Virus record (IMG/VR): IMGVR_UViG_3300028840_004217
Coordinates: 28,050 to 92,049 of that record
From: a virus
DNA: 64,000 bases
Strand: one strand, 5' to 3'
The first letter of the stretch is position 1. Every line of letters starts with the position of its first letter. The notes under the pieces were generated by a model. It did no database searches, was not told the DNA's origin, and saw only the letters and a program-made list of their open reading frames with translations. A program made the position numbers and the translations under genes. Of the stretch, positions 1 to 9,133 are shown in pieces.

Positions 1-2010
1 CGGGGCAAATACTACATCAAATACTGGAACGAGTCGGGCGAGGAACGCGTGCCCGTCGTCGCCGGGTACCGCGTCAAGAATGGCGCGAAGTGGCTCCGCA
101 TGAGCCTCAAGAAAACGCTCCAGGTGGTCGATCACGTCTGCATCCTCGACGACGGCAGCACCGACAGCACACCCCGCATCATCAACAGCCTGAAAAAGAA
201 ACACCCCGGCATGATCACCAACGTCCGGTACAACAGGCCGTTCCAGGAACTGCGCGACAGGAACGAGCTGTGGGACATGATGCACGCCGTGGGCAAAGAG
301 CTGCGGCCCGACCTGCCGGGGTGGGGCATCATCCTGGATGCCGACGAAGTGTTCGAGGACAAGGTGACGGCCGACTATCTCCAGATGCTGGCGCGGCCCG
401 TGCATCCCGACGTGCACGGGTATGTGTTCAAGGTGGACACCTTCTGGCGGGGCCGTGAGAAAATCAGGATCGACGGAACCTTCGGCAACCTGAAGGGCGT
501 CCGCATGGTTCGCTTCGGCGCCGAGCAACGCCTGTGGACGCCGCACCCGCAGGGTCTGCACTGCGGCAACACGCCGATGGTGCCGCCCGACTGGCTGGCC
601 CTCACCAACGTGCACCTCAAACACTACGGCTACGAGTCCTACGACCTGGCCAAGAAAAAATTCGAGTTCTATCATGTGACCGACTCGGTGAAGGACCCGG
701 TGAACGTCGGCGGCGACGGCTCCTACCGCCACCTGATCGACGAGACACAGCTGTCGATGGTGGACTGGCATGAGGAGAACACGCTGGGCCTCGGCATGAT
801 GGGCAGGAACGAAGCCGAGTTCCTGCCGCAGTTTTTCGAGCGCAACTTCTGGTGGACCGTGTTCGACCAGATGGTATTCGTGGACTGCGGATCGGAGGAC
901 GACACCAAAAACCTGGCCCTGGCCTACGGATGCCAGGTGTACGACATGCCCAAGAGCATCATCTTTCAGGAGGGTCCGCATGAAGGGAAGCTGAAGCACT
1001 TCGGCCAGGCCCGCAACTTCGTCAAGAGCAAGCTGGGCACGCGGTGGATCCTCATGATGGACGCCGACGAGTGGATAGAACGGGCGGACCACCTGGAGCT
1101 GTTGCGCCTCCTGGAGCATGACATCGTGGCCTACCGCATCAACGTGGCGAACCACCAGCCCAACGGAAGCATCTCCCACTCCGAGTCATTCAGGCTGTAC
1201 CGCAACATAGAGGACGTGTACTGGACGCAGCACGTGCATGAGTCGCTGGAAACGGCGTTGCAGCGCATGGGCCCTGCCGGGCTGACGGGCATCGCCCCGT
1301 TCATCGTTCATCATCTCGGCTACATGCGCGGCCCCGATTATGTGCAGGGCAAGCTGGAGCACTACGCCGACCTGAACAGGCTCGACGTGCGGGCCGACCC
1401 TGCGGACGCGCGGCCCTACTTCAACCTGGCCCTCCACGAACTCAACGAGGGCAACAACGAGGAGGGGGCGGAGCTGCTGTCCAAGGCGTGCGACCTGAAC
1501 CCCAACTTCATGCAGGCGTATAAAGAACTCGGCATGGTCTATTTCCGTCGTTCTCTGCCCCTGTTTGAACACGCCCTCAACGTGGTGTCGCCCGAGCATC
1601 CTGCCGCGCCGGGTCTCAAAGAGATCGTGGACTTCGCACGGAAGGCGGCGATAGAGCCGTTGAAGGTGGGCAACCCGAACAAGCCGTCGCCAGAGGACGC
1701 CGAAGAAACGCAGGAGACTGAAGAAGCGGCGGCGGACGTGGTACCAGAAGGGGAGGACGAGAAAACAGGGATAGACGCGCTGCGAGAGGCCCCTGTCGAT
1801 CCGGTGGCGGAGCAGTTGGGCGAAGCACTCACGGCGGCGGATGAGATCATCGCGGAACACACCGAGGAAGTCGTGAAGGAAATCGGTGAACAAGAGGACC
1901 GCGCCATAACAGGAGAACAGGATGTCATTCATAGCGGCGACGATGATACGGGTGAAGATGGACCCTCTGGACCCCGGAAATCCGACACCGATGATGAAGC
2001 GGCTGGATGA
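1..2010 (+). CDS. Multi-domain glycosyltransferase (two GT2 domains, TPR-like region, acidic tail); 5'-truncated by the window edge
   Basis: The frame is open from base 1 (RGKYYIKYWN...). Two GT-A modules: ILDDGSTD...ILDADE and FVDCGSED...MMDADE, followed by HYGY/HLGY. TPR-like DARPYFNLA...AYKELGMVY. Confidence 0.85.
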   Translation, partial: RGKYYIKYWNESGEERVPVVAGYRVKNGAKWLRMSLKKTLQVVDHVCILDDGSTDSTPRIINSLKKKHPGMITNVRYNRPFQELRDRNELWDMMHAVGKELRPDLPGWGIILDADEVFEDKVTADYLQMLARPVHPDVHGYVFKVDTFWRGREKIRIDGTFGNLKGVRMVRFGAEQRLWTPHPQGLHCGNTPMVPPDWLALTNVHLKHYGYESYDLAKKKFEFYHVTDSVKDPVNVGGDGSYRHLIDETQLSMVDWHEENTLGLGMMGRNEAEFLPQFFERNFWWTVFDQMVFVDCGSEDDTKNLALAYGCQVYDMPKSIIFQEGPHEGKLKHFGQARNFVKSKLGTRWILMMDADEWIERADHLELLRLLEHDIVAYRINVANHQPNGSISHSESFRLYRNIEDVYWTQHVHESLETALQRMGPAGLTGIAPFIVHHLGYMRGPDYVQGKLEHYADLNRLDVRADPADARPYFNLALHELNEGNNEEGAELLSKACDLNPNFMQAYKELGMVYFRRSLPLFEHALNVVSPEHPAAPGLKEIVDFARKAAIEPLKVGNPNKPSPEDAEETQETEEAAADVVPEGEDEKTGIDALREAPVDPVAEQLGEALTAADEIIAEHTEEVVKEIGEQEDRAITGEQDVIHSGDDDTGEDGPSGPRKSDTDDEAAG

Positions 2011-2452
2011 AGTCGAGTCGCACAAAGATTGGGCCCTGACGCACCAGCTCAACTGGGGCCTCATTCTGACGGACCACGACGCCCTCTACACCGGTCCTAT
2101 CGTCAAGTTCAAGTATGAGGGTGCGATGCTGCCCCTGTGGGCGCATCCCGACCAGCGCCTCGCCTGTCCCGGCAACTACGGCAAAGGGTACCGGTGGGTG
2201 TCGCTCAAGAAACTGGAACCCGGCTCGATCATCTGGTTCGTGGCGGCGGACACCCGGCATCCGGAGCCGCTCAAGACCGTGCGCATCACGGACTACGACG
2301 TGGTGCACGTCAACCACGAGCCTATGATGACCGTGACCGTGATGGAGGAGCTGTCCTTCATAGCGCACGACGTGATCTGTCACCGCAACCCTGAAGGGTT
2401 CAAAGCGGACCGGTCCTTGAGTCCGGCTGCGGCTTTCGGCAACGGGAGGTAA
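1922..2452 (+). CDS. Stand-alone, degenerate Hint (intein-like) domain protein
   Basis: Block A-like SFIAATMI, block B-like AHPDQRL, WVSLKKLEPG, and blocks F/G-like MMTVTV...SFIAHDVICHRN. Confidence 0.6.
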   Translation: MSFIAATMIRVKMDPLDPGNPTPMMKRLDEVESHKDWALTHQLNWGLILTDHDALYTGPIVKFKYEGAMLPLWAHPDQRLACPGNYGKGYRWVSLKKLEPGSIIWFVAADTRHPEPLKTVRITDYDVVHVNHEPMMTVTVMEELSFIAHDVICHRNPEGFKADRSLSPAAAFGNGR

Positions 2453-2454
2453 TC

Positions 2455-2880
2455 GTGGACAAGGTACGTCAGCTCATACGGTTGTCTATCGTGAACGAAA
2501 CGGGCGCGTCGGCGATCACGAACGTGGTGGCCGACCGGGTGTACCCGTCGCAGGTGGCGGCGCAGCCCAACCCGGTCTACCCGTGCCTGTGCTTTCAGAT
2601 ACAGGCGGGCGTGGGTGAGGCGGTGACGAACGTGTGGCAGGGCACGATGCGGACGTGGTGCTGGTCCGACCAGAATGAAGTGGGCACGTATGACGACGCG
2701 GTGGCTCTGCACCAGGCATTGGAGACCTACTGGCACCGCCAGTCGTTCAATGACGCGACCCTGTTGCGGGCGGTGGCCTTGTCGATCCTGGGTGTGCCGA
2801 CGCAATTTTTCGATCCTGACGTGCGGGCCTACGCCGCCGTCGCTGACTGGAACCTGTTCGCCTCGGAGCTGACTTCATGA
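2455..2880 (+). CDS. Tail terminator/completion protein (DUF3168-like)
   Basis: VADRVYP...YPCLCF motif, 141 aa, upstream of the tail tube gene. Confidence 0.7.
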   Translation: MDKVRQLIRLSIVNETGASAITNVVADRVYPSQVAAQPNPVYPCLCFQIQAGVGEAVTNVWQGTMRTWCWSDQNEVGTYDDAVALHQALETYWHRQSFNDATLLRAVALSILGVPTQFFDPDVRAYAAVADWNLFASELTS

Positions 2881-3191
2881 CGGAGCCACAGCGACCCCAC
2901 CACGAGGTCATCCTGGAGGCCACGCATGCCAAACTGCGCAACCGGTTCGGATCACGCGTGTGGGGATGCAAGCAGTGTGATGCCGTCCTGGGTGTGTTCA
3001 ACGAGGACTTCACCGCGCTGGAGATCGCTTCACAGCGCGTCAACATGACCATCGCCGGAGGGCAGATACAGCGCACCTGCTACCGGTGTGATACGGTCAA
3101 CCAGCTGGCGACACGGGGACACGACACCGTGGCCAGCTATTTGAAAGAGAACGATATTCGCCCCGTGTATGAGTCAAACGACGACTCATGA
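2877..3191 (+). CDS. Zinc-ribbon protein, Mu Com-like
   Basis: CKQCDAVLG...CYRCDTVN cysteine pairs. Confidence 0.5.
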   Translation: MTEPQRPHHEVILEATHAKLRNRFGSRVWGCKQCDAVLGVFNEDFTALEIASQRVNMTIAGGQIQRTCYRCDTVNQLATRGHDTVASYLKENDIRPVYESNDDS

Positions 3192-3244
3192 CACGCTCGT
3201 ACTGACGTACTGGCCTCTGCTCATATCAGTGAAAGGTGAGAGCG

Positions 3245-3826
3245 ATGGCACAGAACGTAAACACCAATGATGTATACCAGCTCGGATTCGGGCCGTGGAC
3301 GCTCAACATAGGGGCCTACAACCCGACGGCGGCGGGCGGCACGCCCGCCACCAGCGTGGGCGCAGTGTCGGGTCCCGCGACGTTGACGCCGAACCGGACG
3401 GTGGTGCCCGTCATGCAGGGTGCGCCGGCGAAGGAGATCGACGCCTTCGTGTCCGAGGAATCGCTGGAGGTCGCCTTCACGGGCATCCAGTGGAACCTGC
3501 CGCTGATACAGCAGGCCCTCGGCGGCGGACCGACACCGACGGTCAGCGGTGACGCCACCACGTTCGACATGGGCAACGACGTCCTGATGACGCAGCTTTC
3601 GTTGCAGGCGACGCACGTGATGCCCAACGGCGGAACCGTGGTGCTCAACGTCTGGAAGGCGCGCGGAAACGGAACGGTGCCCATCACGATACCGCCCGAC
3701 AACGTGCACCAGGCGTCCTACACGTTCATGGCCGTGGAAGGGCTGTCCGACTGGACCAATGCGGCGTTGGCAGCCAAGAGCAAGCTGTTCCAGATCGTGT
3801 ACACCAAGCCACCCGCAGCACCATAA
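3245..3826 (+). CDS. Major tail (tube) protein
   Basis: Size, composition and position between tail terminator and tail chaperone; SD-like GGTGAG upstream. Confidence 0.7.
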   Translation: MAQNVNTNDVYQLGFGPWTLNIGAYNPTAAGGTPATSVGAVSGPATLTPNRTVVPVMQGAPAKEIDAFVSEESLEVAFTGIQWNLPLIQQALGGGPTPTVSGDATTFDMGNDVLMTQLSLQATHVMPNGGTVVLNVWKARGNGTVPITIPPDNVHQASYTFMAVEGLSDWTNAALAAKSKLFQIVYTKPPAAP

Positions 3827-3841
3827 GGAAGGTGAAACAGA

Positions 3842-4294
3842 ATGACTCGTACACCAAAGGACAAGGCCGTGGACGACGCGTTCGCCCGGTCGTCCTCGTA
3901 CATCACCACTCTCGACGGCGAACAGGTCGAAGTGATCGGCTCGGCACGACAGACGATACGGTTCACGCAGACGCTGGGCACGCAGATCGACGTGATCAAG
4001 AAGGCCCTCCCTCTGCCCAAGGACATCACCGGGGTCAAGGCGAAAGACCTGCTGGAGATGTTGCCCGCCATCGCGCAGACGCTGCCTGAAACGATCCTGG
4101 CCCTGGCCGCCGCCGTACTCGACAGGGACGGGGAGGAAGTCGCGGACACGTTCAGCATGAACGAACTGTTCGACATGCTCGTCCCTTTTTTTCAGTCACA
4201 GCAGAAGATGATCATGACGATCGTGCAGGCCGTCAACCAGGCACAGGGACGGCAGGCGCGGACGCCACCGGCGACGCCAGAAGCAGAAGCATAG
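3842..4294 (+). CDS. Tail assembly chaperone (gpG-like)
   Basis: Follows the tail tube gene and contains the slippery site C CCT TTT TTT at 4183-4192. Confidence 0.75.
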   Translation: MTRTPKDKAVDDAFARSSSYITTLDGEQVEVIGSARQTIRFTQTLGTQIDVIKKALPLPKDITGVKAKDLLEMLPAIAQTLPETILALAAAVLDRDGEEVADTFSMNELFDMLVPFFQSQQKMIMTIVQAVNQAQGRQARTPPATPEAEA

Positions 4295-4512
4295 ATTCAA
4301 CGGCCGATCTGGTCGAGTTCTTCGCGGAGGTCTACGGTTGGACCGCCACGGAGACCCTGGACCAGCACACGATGCGCGAACTCCGCGCCATCCTCGACGC
4401 TCGTCACCGACGCGCCAACCCCCAGGCGGCGCAACCGCAGCATGAGTTGACCGAGGAGGACGTGTACGGCCTGATGTCGGCGGGTCTGCCGGTGGAGATC
4501 ATAGAGGAATGA
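4183..4512 (+). CDS. -1 frameshift extension of the tail chaperone (gpGT-like)
   Basis: The -1 frame is open from CCCTTTT (4183) to TGA (4510-4512) and encodes ...DLVEFFAEVYGWTATETLDQHTMRELRAIL..., a typical gpT-like segment. Not in the ORF track. Confidence 0.75.
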   Translation, partial: PFFSVTAEDDHDDRAGRQPGTGTAGADATGDARSRSIDSTADLVEFFAEVYGWTATETLDQHTMRELRAILDARHRRANPQAAQPQHELTEEDVYGLMSAGLPVEIIEE

Positions 4513-4515
4513 TCG

Positions 4516-4968
4516 ATGCCGCTCCGCGGACAAGAAAAAGTACTGGCGAACTTCGACAGAGAACGCCAACGCCTCATCACCTCCGTAGAGAAGAACGCCC
4601 GCGAGATGGCGGAATTTCTTCTCAAGAAGATACGCGAGAACGCTTCCCTCACAGACCACACCCTGGATGACCTGCGGCAGCTGGGCCACCCCTATGCGAA
4701 GCGCAACCCGCGCCCGCCGCACACCCCCTGGTGGCTCATACACAGACAGTCGGGTACACTCGTGGACGCCCTGGAGATGGACAACCCCGCGCCCGGTCAC
4801 TACCGCGTCGGGTTCGATGAAAACAGAGCGCCGCACGTACCCTATGTACTGCTCGGCACCCGCACGATGATAGGCCGTGACATACTCAATGAGACGGTCC
4901 GCGCGGAGGCCGAGAATCTGCGCAAGATATTCGCGAAGGACATACGGGCATTCAGGAGGGTATCATGA
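4516..4968 (+). CDS. HK97 gp10-like neck/tail completion protein
   Basis: GQEKVLANF start, SGTLVDAL, APHVPYVLLGTRTM motif. Confidence 0.6.
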   Translation: MPLRGQEKVLANFDRERQRLITSVEKNAREMAEFLLKKIRENASLTDHTLDDLRQLGHPYAKRNPRPPHTPWWLIHRQSGTLVDALEMDNPAPGHYRVGFDENRAPHVPYVLLGTRTMIGRDILNETVRAEAENLRKIFAKDIRAFRRVS

Positions 4969-7900
4969 GCCTCGGCCAGTGGTTGATCGACATCGACGTG
5001 GGCCTGTCGTCCTTGGGCAGCAAACTCGGGCAGGCGCGGACGCAGATCGTCAAGTTCGGAAACGACGCGTCAGCGGCGATCCTGAAAAACGAACAGGCGT
5101 TCCAGTCGGCGGGCATCGCCATAGCGGGGTTCGGCGCGGCCATCACGGGCGCCCTCGCCGTGGCCGTCAAGTTCGGTTCCGACTTCGACCAGAGCATGGC
5201 CAAGGTCAGAGCCGTGACGCAGGCCACGGGCAAGGACTTCACGGACCTGCGTGAGATGGCGATACAGCTCGGTATCGACACGGAGTTCAGCGCGAAGCAG
5301 GCGGCGGACGGCATCGCCATCCTGGGCCGCGCCGGTTTCGAGACCACCGAGATCATGGACGCCCTGCCGGGCGTCCTCGACCTGGCTGCGGCGGGTGAGC
5401 TGGCTCTGGCTGACGCCGCCGACATCGCGGCGTCCTCGCTCGGCGGCTTCAACGAAGAATCCTCGGAGGCCGCACGGCTGGCCGACATCCTGGCGGCAGC
5501 GGCGTCCAGCGCGAACACCACCGTGGCAAACATGGGCCAGGCATTCGTGTTCGCCGCTCCCATCGCTGGCACCCTCGGCATAGAGATGGAGGAGGTCGCC
5601 GCGGCCATCGGTCTGTTGGGCGACGCGGGTATACAGGCGACGATGGCCGGTACGGGTCTGCGCCGTATGCTCACCTCCCTGCTGAACCCCTCGAAAGAGA
5701 ACAAAGAGCTGATGCAGGAGTTGGGGCTGTCGGCCACCAACCTGGACGGCTCCTACAAGTCGCTCACCGAGATCGTGTCCGACCTGGAGGACGCGAACAT
5801 ATCTGCGGGCGACGCGTTCAAGATATTCGGGGAACGGGGCGGCAACATAGCGACCATCCTCAAGAACACGGGATCGCCCGCCCTCCAGCAGTTCACGCGT
5901 GACCTGGAGAACAGCGAGGGCGAGGCGCGGCGCATGGCCGAAACCTTGCTCGACTCGCTGGCGGGTTCCTTCCGGCTGTTGGGATCCTCGATAGAGACCT
6001 TCATGATCGCCCTGTCGGGTACGGGCCAGACCGGGCTGCAGGGCGGACTCCGCAGGGTCGTCGATACGGTGATCGAAGTGATCAACGCTATGACGCAGTG
6101 GATGACGCAGAATCCGGAGCTGACGCGCATCATCGTCGTGACCGTGGGCGTGATCGGCACGATGGCGACGGCGTTGGGCGCGGTCCTCCTCATCATTCCC
6201 AAATTAGCGGCGGCGTGGGTCGCCTTCGCCACCCTGCTCGGCACGTCTACAGCATTGACGGGGCCTATCGGGATCGCTCTGGCCGCGATCACCGCCATAG
6301 GTGTGGCTATAGGGTTGTGGCTCACGCGGACAGACGAGATGATCGACGCCTCCGCGCAGGGGGCCATAGCGATGGACAGGCAGGCCAAGGAGCTGTCCAA
6401 CCTGTTGCTGCGCTATGACGAGCTGAACGAAAAGACGGCCCTGACCAAAGAGGAGCAGAAGGAGCTGGCCAGCATCACCAAGACCCTCTCGCGTGAGGTG
6501 GGCGTGGAGGCCACCACGTTCAACGACGCGGGCGAGGCCGTCGCCGTCAACACGAAGGCGGTGAAGGCGCTCATTCTTGAGAAGCAGGAGCTGCGCGACG
6601 CGATGCTGGCCGAACTGAACCGCCAGGAGGCGGAGACGGAGGAGCGGCTCGTCGAGGTGCGGGAACAGCGTGCCCAGGTGACGGCGGACCTCACGAAGGC
6701 GGAGGCCGACCTGGTGACGGCGCAGGCGGCGGTGAACAAAGGGTTGGGCGGCGGGTTCGATGCGGTGAAACTCTACGAAGGCAAAGTCAAGACCCTCAAG
6801 AACGAGCACACCGGCCTCACCAATGAGATGCTGGAGCTGAACAAAACGCTGGACGACACGCGGGCCGAGATCGATGTGGTGACGGAGAAGGGCGACGAGT
6901 TCAGCCGGGTGTTGCAGCAACTCCAGGAGAACGCGGAGGACCTGGCGGACACGGCGGACATGGGCGTGGCCCCCACCCTGCGCGAGCTGGCCGTCAAGAC
7001 GCTGCCCAACACCACGGACATGGTGGGCCAGTTGGACCGCAAGATCGAAGAACTCGGTGAGGACGCGCCCCGCAAGTTGAAGCTGGTGGGTAGTGCCGCC
7101 GAGGACATGAGGGACGAAGTTGTGGAGGCGGCGGAGGCCATACAGCGGTCTATGTCGGCCAAGTTCGTGGACGGGTTCCTGGATGCCTACGTGGAGATCG
7201 TGTCCAAGTGGGGTGACACCACACAACAGCTTGAGGACCTGGGTGCGGGTACGGCCAGGGCGTTGGGCGACTTCTTCAAGGAGGGTTTCATCTCCGTCCT
7301 CAAACTCGACCTGGACGGCCTCCTGGATGCGTTCAAGAATTTCTTTGGCCGCGTGTTCGACATGTTCATCAACATGGTGGCCGAGATGCTGGCGGCGCGG
7401 GCGTTCACTGCTCTGCTCAATGCGATGTCGAGCATCTTCGGCGGCGGTGGTGGCGGTGGCGGCGGCGCAGGCAGCGTCGCGCAGACCGTGGTGGAAGCGG
7501 GCGCGAGTGCCGGGACCACGGCGGCGATAGGCGCACTGACCGGTGGTGGTGCGGCGGCTGCGGCTGGCGCGGGCGGTGGTGCGGCGGCGGCAGGAGCGAC
7601 GACGGCTGCGGCTGGCGGTGGTGCGACGGCTGCTGGTGGAGGTGGTGCGGCGGCGGCGGGTGCAGGCGCACTCGGCGGATTGGCGGCGGGCGCGGGTGGC
7701 CTTGTGTTCGGCGCACTCCTCGACGCATTTCTGCCGTCGGGCATCTCCCTCGAAGAACGCATCGCGGCGGGCAAGCTGCGCAACCAGGACTTCATGAAAC
7801 AGCGGACCATACAGGCCGAGGGCGTCGTCAGCGGTACGCTCAACGTGCTGCGCAAGATGTTCGAGGGCGGACAGCTCACGATGGCCCTTGCCAACGACCA

Positions 7901-8339
7901 GATCAACAACATGACGTCGCAGTTCGAACAGCTTCCGTTCAGCGTCGCCGGGTTCACCCTGTGGAAGCCGTTTGGCACGTTCGCGGAGTGGGTGACAGAC
8001 CTGCGGAGTAAGATCGCCATGTCGCTGGCCGAAGGAGAGCTGATGTTCCGGCGCGGCGGTGTGGTAACGAGTCCGTTCCGCGGCATGGTGTCTATGGCCG
8101 AGGACGAACCCGAGATCGTGGCCCCCCTGTCGCGCCTGGGTGAAGTGGTGGACCAGCTCGCGTCTGCGGGCGGCGGCGCGGGCACGACGGTCAACCTGAC
8201 CATACAGACGCTCGACATAGACCGGAACGCACCCGACATCATCCGGTTCGTCAGAGAGGATCTTATGCCGATCATTCGCGATGAGACGCACGACGGCACG
8301 CCCCTCGCTTTCGAGCAGGGCATCGAGGAGGACCTGTAA
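4965..8339 (+). CDS. Tape measure protein (TP901-type core)
   Basis: FDQSMAKVRAVT...FSAKQAADG...AGTGLRRM core, hydrophobic segment, coiled coil, Gly/Ala tract, GGVV..E.EPEIVAPL tail. Confidence 0.95.
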   Translation: MSLGQWLIDIDVGLSSLGSKLGQARTQIVKFGNDASAAILKNEQAFQSAGIAIAGFGAAITGALAVAVKFGSDFDQSMAKVRAVTQATGKDFTDLREMAIQLGIDTEFSAKQAADGIAILGRAGFETTEIMDALPGVLDLAAAGELALADAADIAASSLGGFNEESSEAARLADILAAAASSANTTVANMGQAFVFAAPIAGTLGIEMEEVAAAIGLLGDAGIQATMAGTGLRRMLTSLLNPSKENKELMQELGLSATNLDGSYKSLTEIVSDLEDANISAGDAFKIFGERGGNIATILKNTGSPALQQFTRDLENSEGEARRMAETLLDSLAGSFRLLGSSIETFMIALSGTGQTGLQGGLRRVVDTVIEVINAMTQWMTQNPELTRIIVVTVGVIGTMATALGAVLLIIPKLAAAWVAFATLLGTSTALTGPIGIALAAITAIGVAIGLWLTRTDEMIDASAQGAIAMDRQAKELSNLLLRYDELNEKTALTKEEQKELASITKTLSREVGVEATTFNDAGEAVAVNTKAVKALILEKQELRDAMLAELNRQEAETEERLVEVREQRAQVTADLTKAEADLVTAQAAVNKGLGGGFDAVKLYEGKVKTLKNEHTGLTNEMLELNKTLDDTRAEIDVVTEKGDEFSRVLQQLQENAEDLADTADMGVAPTLRELAVKTLPNTTDMVGQLDRKIEELGEDAPRKLKLVGSAAEDMRDEVVEAAEAIQRSMSAKFVDGFLDAYVEIVSKWGDTTQQLEDLGAGTARALGDFFKEGFISVLKLDLDGLLDAFKNFFGRVFDMFINMVAEMLAARAFTALLNAMSSIFGGGGGGGGGAGSVAQTVVEAGASAGTTAAIGALTGGGAAAAAGAGGGAAAAGATTAAAGGGATAAGGGGAAAAGAGALGGLAAGAGGLVFGALLDAFLPSGISLEERIAAGKLRNQDFMKQRTIQAEGVVSGTLNVLRKMFEGGQLTMALANDQINNMTSQFEQLPFSVAGFTLWKPFGTFAEWVTDLRSKIAMSLAEGELMFRRGGVVTSPFRGMVSMAEDEPEIVAPLSRLGEVVDQLASAGGGAGTTVNLTIQTLDIDRNAPDIIRFVREDLMPIIRDETHDGTPLAFEQGIEEDL

Positions 8340-9133
8340 TGCCTGCGACCCTGACGGGTATCAAGCCCCGTTTCCTCTATGACACGTCGGTGTTCGACGG
8401 AGCCACGGTGACGACCAACAGCGACACCACGGACCTGCCGGCGACCAACCTTCAAAACGCCATCGTGCGGCGACCCTGGCGCACCGCAGGCACGACGCAG
8501 ATGGCGTGGGCCGTCTACGACCTCGGCACGGCCACCGCCGTCGACATGATCGCCGTGTTCGGCCACAACCTGACCAGCGTGGCCCTCCTGACGATACAGG
8601 GGAACGCATCTGACAGCTGGGGGTCGCCCTCGCTCAACGTGGGCCTCACCATACCGGCCAACGCGGACAGCGTGCTGTTCGAGAAGGCCGTGTCCTTCGC
8701 CACCGGCACGTACCGGTACTGGCGGCTGGCTGTCCAGGGTGCGAATGACGGTACCTATTGGGAGGTGGGCCGCCTGATGGCAGGCCAGTACTTCGAGCCT
8801 ACCGTACCGCAAGACCTGCGGGCACAGCGCAGCATAGAGGACCCGTCGATCACGGACCGCGCCGACGGGATGCAGACCTACAGCCGAGAGGTGGACCAGT
8901 TCTACGTGTACCGCATCAACCAGACCAACCTGTCCCAGGGGGACCGCGACTCGTGGCTGGCCATGTTTCAGAACAGGGGGACACGCCTCCCCATGGCGAT
9001 CGCGTTCGACCCGACCAATGACCATAGATTCAACAGGGACACGATATACGGTAAGATAGCAAGCCCGTTGAAGGAAAGCCTCATACAACTCGAATACGGC
9101 ACCCTACGAATGAATTTCGCGGAGCAATGGTAA
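8339..9133 (+). CDS. Tail-tip/distal tail-like protein
   Basis: Directly after the tape measure gene; discoidin-like YDLG and YRYWRL motifs. Confidence 0.6.
   Translation: MPATLTGIKPRFLYDTSVFDGATVTTNSDTTDLPATNLQNAIVRRPWRTAGTTQMAWAVYDLGTATAVDMIAVFGHNLTSVALLTIQGNASDSWGSPSLNVGLTIPANADSVLFEKAVSFATGTYRYWRLAVQGANDGTYWEVGRLMAGQYFEPTVPQDLRAQRSIEDPSITDRADGMQTYSREVDQFYVYRINQTNLSQGDRDSWLAMFQNRGTRLPMAIAFDPTNDHRFNRDTIYGKIASPLKESLIQLEYGTLRMNFAEQW

Noticed and set aside
7440-7700. GGC/GGT/GCG-rich repeat
   Set aside because: Codon-level Gly/Ala tract within the tape measure protein; period 3, not a separate element.
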